A DNA stretch of 4,726 bases. Origin: a virus (Duplodnaviria; Heunggongvirae; Uroviricota; Caudoviricetes). The stretch's first letter is position 1. Each line of letters opens with the position of its first letter. The position numbers and the translations under genes were made by a program. The notes under the pieces were generated by a model that was given only the letters and a program-made list of their open reading frames with translations, was not told the origin of the DNA and did no database searches. The stretch covers positions 1-4,726 of the IMG/VR virus record IMGVR_UViG_2648501784_000015. One strand, 5' to 3'. Shown here in pieces: positions 1 through 4,726 of the stretch.

Positions 1-297
1 TGGCAGCAGCAGGTGGCGGCTATTGAAGTACAACTGCGCGAGCAACTGGCACCAGCCCGTGACGCCGAAATGGTTGCCGATGTGCGCGTGCTAGGGGCCA
101 TTGGCGTGGTCGAAACCACTCGTCCGGTGAATATGGCGGCGCTGCAAAAATTCTTTGTCGAACAGGGGGTATGGATCCGGCCTTTTGGCAAACTGATTTA
201 CCTGATGCCGCCCTATATTATTCTCCCGCAACAGTTGCAGCGTCTGACCGCAGCGGTTAACCGTGCGGTGCAGGATGAAACATTTTTTTGCCAATAA
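1..297 (+). CDS. bioA: Adenosylmethionine-8-amino-7-oxononanoate aminotransferase (BioA), C-terminal 98 codons; 5' end lies outside the window
   Basis: Frame 1 is open from base 1 ([32 protein letters not shown]...QDETFFCQ) and ends at TAA 295-297. The track start at 13 is an internal GTG, not the real start. The translation matches my recollection of the E. coli BioA C-terminus, and the synteny with ybhB immediately downstream fits. Confidence 0.92.
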   Translation, partial: WQQQVAAIEVQLREQLAPARDAEMVADVRVLGAIGVVETTRPVNMAALQKFFVEQGVWIRPFGKLIYLMPPYIILPQQLQRLTAAVNRAVQDETFFCQ

Positions 298-355
298 CGG
301 GAAGTCAGCGTGAGGGGTTCTGGCTACACTTTCTGCAAACAAGAAAGGAGGGTTC

Positions 356-832
356 ATGAAACTCATCAGTAACGATCTGCGCGATGGCGATAAGCTGCCG
401 CATCGTCATGTCTTTAACGGCATGGGTTACGATGGCGATAATATTTCACCGCATCTGGCGTGGGATGATGTTCCTGTGGGAACGAAAAGTTTTGTTGTCA
501 CCTGCTACGACCCGGACGCGCCAACCGGCTCCGGCTGGTGGCACTGGGTAGTTGTTAATTTACCCGCTGATACCCGCGTATTACCGCAAGGGTTTGGCTC
601 TGGTCTGGTAGCTATGCCAGACGGCGTTTTGCAGACGCGTACCGACTTTGGTAAAACCGGGTACGATGGCGCAGCGCCGCCGAAAGGCGAAACCCATCGC
701 TACATTTTTACCGTTCACGCGCTGGATGTAGAACGTATTGATGTCGATGAAGGTGCCAGCGGCGCGATGGTCGGGTTTAACGTTCATTTTCACTCTCTGG
801 CGAGTGCCTCAATTACTGCGATGTTTAGTTAA
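356..832 (+). CDS. ybhB: PEBP-family (phosphatidylethanolamine-binding / kinase-inhibitor-like) protein YbhB
   Basis: 158-aa ORF with ATG at 356 and TAA at 830-832. A Shine-Dalgarno AAGGAGG sits at 345-351. The protein (MKLISNDLRDGDKLPHRHVFNGMGYDGDNISPHLAWDDVP...CYDPDAP...) matches recalled E. coli YbhB and carries the PEBP-type DPDxP and His motifs. Same strand and 58 bp downstream of bioA, as in the known bioA-ybhB arrangement. Confidence 0.94.
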   Translation: MKLISNDLRDGDKLPHRHVFNGMGYDGDNISPHLAWDDVPVGTKSFVVTCYDPDAPTGSGWWHWVVVNLPADTRVLPQGFGSGLVAMPDGVLQTRTDFGKTGYDGAAPPKGETHRYIFTVHALDVERIDVDEGASGAMVGFNVHFHSLASASITAMFS

Positions 833-840
833 TCACTCTG

Positions 841-863
841 CCAGATGGCGCAATGCCATCTGG
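841..863 (+). terminator. Possible stem-loop downstream of ybhB (8-bp stem CCAGATGG / CCATCTGG, 7-nt loop); weak candidate terminator
   Basis: Perfect 8-bp inverted repeat seen directly, 9 nt after the ybhB stop. It is not followed immediately by a T-tract; T-rich runs start about 25 nt downstream. Function is uncertain. Confidence 0.3.
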
Positions 864-922
864 TATCACTTAAAGGTATTAAAAACAACTTTTTGTCTTT
901 TTACCTTCCCGTTTCGCTCAAG

Positions 923-937
923 TTAGTATAAAAAAGC
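923..937 (-). other. Lambda-type attachment-site core (O), 15 bp, at the host/prophage junction (attR, POB')
   Basis: TTAGTATAAAAAAGC at 923-937 is the exact reverse complement of the lambda core GCTTTTTTATACTAA (recalled). To the left, CGTTTCGCTCAAG matches the B' half of E. coli attB. To the right the sequence is phage P-arm-like. Confidence 0.88.
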
Positions 938-1080
938 TGAACGAGAAACATAAAATGTTATAAATATCAATATATTACATTTTATTTCGTATAAAAAACA
1001 GACTAGATAATACTGTAAAACACAACATATGCAGTCACTATGAATCAACTACTTAGATGGTATTAGTGACCTGTAACAGA
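938..1080 (-). promoter_or_regulatory. Lambda-like attP P arm (Int arm-type sites P1/P2, with IHF/Xis/Fis site region) retained in attR
   Basis: The reverse complement reads TCTGTTACAGGTCACTAATACCATCTAAGTAGTTGATTCATAGTGACTGCATATG...CGTTCAGC, nearly identical to the lambda P arm as I recall it. Arm-type Int consensus copies sit at about 1032-1042 (CAGTCACTATG) and 1062-1074 (ATTAGTGACCTGT). The central Xis/Fis stretch (about 975-1010) appears to differ from lambda at several positions. Confidence 0.8.
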
Positions 1081-1082
1081 GC

Positions 1083-1123
1083 ATTAGCGCAAGGTGATTT
1101 TTGTCTTCTTGCGCTAATTTTTT
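1083..1123 (+). terminator. Rho-independent terminator hairpin plus T-tract; positionally equivalent to the lambda tI/sib retroregulator
   Basis: ATTAGCGCAAG (1083-1093) pairs perfectly with CTTGCGCTAAT (1107-1117) around a 13-nt loop, followed by TTTTTT at 1118-1123. It sits about 150-190 bp from the core on the P-arm side, where lambda tI/sib lies. Orientation matches transcripts that would come from int through att in the phage. Confidence 0.6.
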
Positions 1124-1434
1124 GTCGTAAAATCGGTAACGTCTGGAAATCATTCAATATTCGCACTATCGGAAGTTCACCAGCCAACCGCAGCACGTTA
1201 TTGCATACAACGTGCTGCGGCATAAAACCAATGATTATTCCTTCCCGCACATGACATACCGCGACTTTATTTATCCCCAGCAGGAAATTTTTCATACAAC
1301 TTCGACCCACCAACATCACAGGTAATTGTTCCGCCTGTGTATTCTCGCGCCAACATCTACCACAATTTGTTTTCATAGGATTGTAGTCACTCTTCTGGTT
1401 GTTTCACATAATAACTTGTATACTTCAGATAGTA

Positions 1435-1464
1435 TTCATAACCTCAAACTATTTAATGTATAAA
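1435..1464 (+). promoter_or_regulatory. Putative sigma70 promoter for the cargo gene (-35 TTCATA about 1435-1440; TG-TATAAA about 1457-1464)
   Basis: AT-rich 115-bp leader upstream of the 1495 start codon. Hexamers chosen by eye, 18-bp spacing, TG immediately upstream of the -10. Not validated and alternatives exist. Confidence 0.25.
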
Positions 1465-1494
1465 TTAGATCTGAAAGTTTAGGAAAGATTTTCT

Positions 1495-2214
1495 ATGTTG
1501 ATCGTTTCTGTACTACGCTGCGGCAAGGATTTTACGCCGAAACATGCACAATGGCTTCATAAACAATTTGGTTCAATGCCCTCAATCTGCTTGACTGATG
1601 CTGGAAGTATTGATGGTGTGAATACTGCACCTTTGTTATTTGATTGGCCTGGTTGGTGGTCAAAAATGGAGTTATTTAACCCAAACCATCCAGTAATCGG
1701 GAATCATGACATTTTATATTTTGACATAGATGTTGTCATTACTGGAAAATTGGATATTTTTACAAAAGCTAAAAATTTCACCATGCTCAGGGAGTTTAAT
1801 CATCATGACCGTGTTAACTCCTCAATTATGATGATTCCCGTTTCTGCAAAGACAAAAATATGGGAGGAATTTACTGCCAATCCTGAACAAATAATGCAAG
1901 AATGCAAAACTGAAGATAAATGGGGTGATCAAGGTTTTATCGGTAGTGTTACTAAGCCAGACTTATGGCAGGACATTATTCCAGATGCAATTAAAAGTTA
2001 TAAATGCGATATAGCAACAAAATCAATGATTGGATACAATCCAGACCTGGCATCAAAATCAGCAACTGGGAAAGTACCTGACAGTGTTTCAGTTGTGTGT
2101 TTTCACGGTAGTCCACGCCCCTGGCGCACTGGTTTTAACTGGGTTCCATCTTTTTCTTTAAAAGATACGCTTTATGGCAAAGTAAAAAATCTCAAATTAA
2201 AGGTTAAAGGTTAA
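1495..2214 (+). CDS. Prophage b-region cargo (moron) protein, 239 aa; putative GT-A fold, GT8/glycogenin-like nucleotide-sugar glycosyltransferase
   Basis: Clean ORF with SD AGGAAA at 1481-1486, 8 nt before the ATG, and TAA at 2212-2214. Markedly AT-rich compared with both flanks. The motif order and spacing resemble GT8 hallmarks as I recall them from glycogenin/LgtC: hydrophobic strand plus DxD (ILYFDIDVVITGKLDIF, D77-D79, nt 1723-1731); NSS about 30 aa later (nt 1816-1824); DQG (aa 145-147, nt 1927-1935); and C-terminal CFHGSPRPW (nt 2104-2124), matching H-x-x-G-x-x-K/R-P-W. No obvious signal peptide or TM segment. The family call is inference; the CDS itself is well supported. Confidence 0.8.
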   Translation: MLIVSVLRCGKDFTPKHAQWLHKQFGSMPSICLTDAGSIDGVNTAPLLFDWPGWWSKMELFNPNHPVIGNHDILYFDIDVVITGKLDIFTKAKNFTMLREFNHHDRVNSSIMMIPVSAKTKIWEEFTANPEQIMQECKTEDKWGDQGFIGSVTKPDLWQDIIPDAIKSYKCDIATKSMIGYNPDLASKSATGKVPDSVSVVCFHGSPRPWRTGFNWVPSFSLKDTLYGKVKNLKLKVKG

Positions 2215-2220
2215 AATCAT

Positions 2221-2243
2221 AACCACTCGCATAGCGGGTGGTT
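2221..2243. terminator. Hairpin between the convergent cargo gene and tfa (10-bp stem with one G.U, 3-4-nt loop); possible bidirectional terminator
   Basis: AACCACTCGC (2221-2230) pairs with GCGGGTGGTT (2234-2243). It lies 7 nt after the cargo gene stop and about 70 nt after the tfa stop. Flanks are only moderately U-rich on either strand. Confidence 0.35.
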
Positions 2244-2313
2244 ATCTGTCTCAGCCACGATACGCCTGAAACTGGCTTTAAGTCAGCAATAATAAAAGGA
2301 GTAAATCCTTCCG

Positions 2314-2883
2314 TTATTGTGGTTGCACAGGCCAAACTGGCTCAAGAATATCAACACGGTTCAGCAATACCCGATACTTCTTCCAGGCTGTCAGCAACGA
2401 TATTTCTTCCTCCGTTGCAATCTCCAGATCTACCGCATCCTGAAGTGGCGAAATATGCTCACTGGCTACCTGCATCAGGCTGTTTTTTGTTTCTTCCGCC
2501 TCCCGGATCCGGAACAGTTTTTCTGCTTCTGCATCTTTCACCCAGGCTGTGCCGTTCCACTTCTGAAACTCCCCTTCCGGCGATAACCAGGTAACATTTT
2601 CCGGTAACGGACCGAGTTCAGAAATAAATAAAGCATCACCGGAAGTTACGTCATATACAGTTTTACCTCGGTGGTCTTCAACAATATTCCAAGATTTATT
2701 CTCACTGTTAAAAACAGCCACAAATCCAGCCTCCACATCTGGTGGTGCTATATCTGTAGTATTAGCTGGTAGACCTGTATACGGTGGGATATATGCGTCA
2801 CTTTCCCCAATAAATTCATTGGTTCCATCAAGTAAATTAAATACGCGGATAGTTTGTGCTTCTGCACTCATTCTGAAAGTCAT
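2314..2883 (-). CDS. tfa: Tail fibre assembly protein (lambda Tfa / T4 gp38-like chaperone)
   Basis: 189-aa ORF ([60 protein letters not shown]...[42 protein letters not shown]...) closely matches lambda Tfa as I recall it. It lies immediately downstream of stf with a TAATG stop/start overlap, and has a GAGG Shine-Dalgarno about 8 nt upstream. Confidence 0.92.
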   Translation of the reverse strand: MTFRMSAEAQTIRVFNLLDGTNEFIGESDAYIPPYTGLPANTTDIAPPDVEAGFVAVFNSENKSWNIVEDHRGKTVYDVTSGDALFISELGPLPENVTWLSPEGEFQKWNGTAWVKDAEAEKLFRIREAEETKNSLMQVASEHISPLQDAVDLEIATEEEISLLTAWKKYRVLLNRVDILEPVWPVQPQ

Positions 2884-4726
2884 TATGCAAGCCTCACAAT
2901 ATAGTTAAATGCGATGTTTTTGACGGTGTTTTCGGTATTACCAGTAGCATTTACGGTAATGGAATGCCCGTGTGAGCCAATGGCAACAGTGTGTGAATGT
3001 GCACCAATACCAACAGTATGGTTATGTGCTCCAATGTCGACTGTATGTGCATGATTGCCTGATGAACTAGTAGTCGTAGCACCTTTATCACTTCGCGGAA
3101 CACCATAATTTGCACCGCCTGATTGCACGCTCACAGCAAAACCGACGGTATGTGTATGATTGCCTGAAGTATTGGTTGATTTTGTGCCGTGGTTAAACGT
3201 ACTGACTGTCTTCGTGCCGTAATCAAATGAACTGGTCGTTTTCGTCCCTAAATCCGTATTTGACGCACTGGCGCTGTGAGTATGTGATTTAATCCCGTCC
3301 TGTTCCTGTGATAATACAGCACGCCCACTGGCGGGTTTGCCCTTGATTGTCCAGCCGCGCATATCCGGAATAACACCAGAAGGATAGGCTATAGCCAGTT
3401 TCGGATATGCAGATTTGTCAAAAGTCTGCCCCTGCATCAGGGCATAGCCAGACGGAACGGTATCTGATGGCCACGGGATTGGTGCGCCGACTGGATAAAA
3501 CTCTGCAGGAGGATGAGCCGAGGTGTAAAGCTGCGCCCACGGCGACCAGTTTGCGTCGGTCGTATCCCGTCGTGAACGAATAAATGCCGGAGCATGAGCA
3601 CCGCTTGTACCACTCCAGCCGATGAGTAACTCACCTTCGCCAACGGCTGTCATCCCTTTCAGGTGAATGATATTTCCATACGCTGTTGGATATCCGTTGT
3701 TATACACCTCGTATAACTCAAGACCTGCTGCCCCCTGCGTATTGTCTGTCAGCGCGGCTACCCGACCTTTTGAAGCCAGATTAACTGATGATACTGCTGT
3801 TCCACCTGACGGTAGCGCCCCGATCTCTGATGCCGTTGGCTTATTTCTGGAGTTATAGTCCCTTCGCCAACCAGGTGAATAATCTGTTCCGTGATTAATA
3901 TAGGTAAACTGGGCGTTGGTTGTTCCGCCACCGCTGGATGTGGTCGGAGTGGTAATGCGGATCGTCATCGCTGACTTTATCCCCATTACTTCAATGACAG
4001 CTCCGGCGAGATGAATATTACCGCAGCCAGTATCAGTAATGATTTTATTATTGCCATAAGACCAGGAACCCTTGCACATCCAGTATGGATGGTTAAATGC
4101 TCCCTGAGAATCCAGCCACTCGATAAACTGTGCAGTCGTCCAGTTTCCTGTTGTTGTGCTTACTGACCCACCGAAGGCACGGCAGGCACCAATATTTTTC
4201 GTAAAGGTGTCATTGCCAGGGATATCCGCACCGTTCTGATCTTTCTGCAGACGTTTCTCAGCATTGTCATTGGCTGCTTTTACTGCCTTCGGCGTTGCCG
4301 CCAGCGTTTCAGATGTGCTGTTGGTCGCACTGCTGAGCTGTACTATCCCCTTTTTCGTCGTGCTCGCATCCTCAAGCGCCACGGCGGATGCAATATCCTC
4401 TGCCCGTTTTGCAGCTGTCTCGGCGCGCGTTGCCGCGGATTCAGCCGCATTTTTGCTCTGAGCTGCCTCCGTCGCACTTCCTGCCGTCTCTGTCGCCTTC
4501 GTGGATGCCGTTGACGCACTCTCTGCCGCCGCTGACGCCTGTCTGGTCGCCTCATCTTTTGAATCAGACGCAGATGATGCCGATGATGCCGCCGAACTGG
4601 CTGATGATGCGGCTGCCGTCTTTGAGGATTCTGCGCTGGTTTCCGACGCTTTCGCGTTCGTTTCGGATGTCTTCGCTGCGGATGCAGACCTCGCTGCTGC
4701 GCTGGCCTGTTCAGCGGCTTCGCCAG
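2883..4726 (-). CDS. stf: Side tail fibre protein (lambda Stf / T4 gp37-like), C-terminal 613 codons; 5' end lies outside the window
   Basis: The minus-strand frame is open from the window edge (4726) to TAA at 2885-2883. The track start at 4382 is an internal GTG (my manual translation upstream gives ...[29 protein letters not shown]... with no stop). It contains the conserved [24 protein letters not shown] motif, an Ala/Ser/Thr-rich N-proximal region, and C-terminal His-x-His repeats like the T4 gp37 / lambda Stf distal tip. Confidence 0.92.
   Translation of the reverse strand, partial: GEAAEQASAAARSASAAKTSETNAKASETSAESSKTAAASSASSAASSASSASDSKDEATRQASAAAESASTASTKATETAGSATEAAQSKNAAESAATRAETAAKRAEDIASAVALEDASTTKKGIVQLSSATNSTSETLAATPKAVKAANDNAEKRLQKDQNGADIPGNDTFTKNIGACRAFGGSVSTTTGNWTTAQFIEWLDSQGAFNHPYWMCKGSWSYGNNKIITDTGCGNIHLAGAVIEVMGIKSAMTIRITTPTTSSGGGTTNAQFTYINHGTDYSPGWRRDYNSRNKPTASEIGALPSGGTAVSSVNLASKGRVAALTDNTQGAAGLELYEVYNNGYPTAYGNIIHLKGMTAVGEGELLIGWSGTSGAHAPAFIRSRRDTTDANWSPWAQLYTSAHPPAEFYPVGAPIPWPSDTVPSGYALMQGQTFDKSAYPKLAIAYPSGVIPDMRGWTIKGKPASGRAVLSQEQDGIKSHTHSASASNTDLGTKTTSSFDYGTKTVSTFNHGTKSTNTSGNHTHTVGFAVSVQSGGANYGVPRSDKGATTTSSSGNHAHTVDIGAHNHTVGIGAHSHTVAIGSHGHSITVNATGNTENTVKNIAFNYIVRLA
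2958..3056 (-). repeat. Tandem in-frame 27-nt (9-aa) coding repeats encoding the G-A/S-H-x-H-T/S-V-x-I units of the tail-fibre tip
   Basis: The protein reads [36 protein letters not shown]. The corresponding DNA shows repeated (A)TGTGCACCAAT / ATGTGCTCCAAT-like units. Further HxH copies lie upstream, at about 3150-3160 and 3280-3290. Confidence 0.7.

Larger units (their letters stand above)
923..4726. mobile_element. Right end of an integrated lambda-like prophage (attR, b-region cargo, tfa, stf); continues beyond the window
   Basis: Gene order on the minus strand is stf then tfa, then the b-region, P arm and core, then host ybhB-bioA. This equals the lambda prophage right end (J-stf-tfa-b-POB'-bio). 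The int side (attL) would lie far outside the window. Confidence 0.88.

Noticed and set aside
91-366. 91-aa minus-strand ORF
   Set aside because: Lies antisense to the well-supported bioA C-terminus and the bioA-ybhB junction; no independent signals. Antisense ORF artefact.
581-793. 70-aa minus-strand ORF
   Set aside because: Entirely inside ybhB on the opposite strand; no RBS or other support.
738-926. 62-aa plus-strand ORF overlapping the ybhB 3' end and running into the att core
   Set aside because: Out of frame with ybhB and crosses the host B' arm and att core, which is noncoding in E. coli; chance ORF.
923-1080. Possibility that this is the int-proximal junction (attL) or a free attP
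   Set aside because: The host B' arm and ybhB lie on one side and the P arm (not P') plus tail-fibre genes on the other. No int or xis is present in the window. This fits attR only.
1053-1376. 107-aa minus-strand ORF and the overlapping 65-aa plus-strand ORF (1057-1254)
   Set aside because: Both run through the lambda-like P arm and the tI hairpin, which are noncoding regulatory DNA in lambda. No convincing Shine-Dalgarno; the region is AT-rich where chance ORFs are common. A small real gene confined to 1137-1376 cannot be fully excluded.
1495-2214. Cargo protein as a T4-type DNA alpha/beta-glucosyltransferase or a Gtr-type O-antigen glucosyltransferase
   Set aside because: T4 AGT/BGT are GT-B fold enzymes and GtrB/GtrC-type proteins are membrane-embedded. 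This protein shows GT-A/GT8-like motifs and no TM segments. DNA or LPS as substrate remains possible but is not supported by similarity to those specific families.
2238-2594. 118-aa and 89-aa plus-strand ORFs (2238-2594, 2317-2586)
   Set aside because: Antisense to the strongly supported tfa gene; proteins are low-complexity with no recognisable features.
2958-3056. Possibility that the short tandem repeats are a CRISPR array
   Set aside because: The repeats are in-frame coding repeats within stf (HxH tip units), imperfect, with no spacer-repeat architecture and no cas genes.
3437-3858. Small ORFs inside stf (3437-3643 minus, 3667-3858 plus)
   Set aside because: Alternative-frame or antisense ORFs within the stf coding region; no support.
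2883-4382. Track-reported stf start at 4382
   Set aside because: The start codon is an internal GTG; the frame stays open upstream to the window edge, so the gene is 5'-partial.
4264-4555. Ala-rich plus-strand ORF (4264-4461) and Arg-rich minus-strand ORF (4343-4555)
   Set aside because: By-products of the repetitive GC-rich Ala/Ser/Thr-coding region of stf read in other frames.

Overview
The window spans the right junction of a lambda-like prophage integrated at the canonical E. coli attlambda site. Positions 1-922 are host chromosome: the 3' end of bioA, the complete PEBP-family gene ybhB, and the B' half of attB. At 923-937 lies the 15-bp lambda-type core (reverse complement of GCTTTTTTATACTAA), followed by a lambda-like P arm with Int arm-type sites, making this an attR (POB') junction. 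Further in are a tI/sib-like hairpin terminator, an AT-rich non-lambda cargo segment (about 1137-2313), and on the minus strand tfa (tail fibre assembly) and a 5'-partial stf (side tail fibre) running off the window edge. The cargo segment carries one 239-aa gene (1495-2214, + strand) whose motif order and spacing resemble a compact GT-A fold, GT8/glycogenin-like glycosyltransferase; this moron between the tail fibre genes and att is the most interesting candidate. Its function (LPS or receptor modification, protein or DNA glycosylation, exclusion or defence) cannot be decided from sequence. All homology statements rest on recalled sequences and motifs, not on searches.
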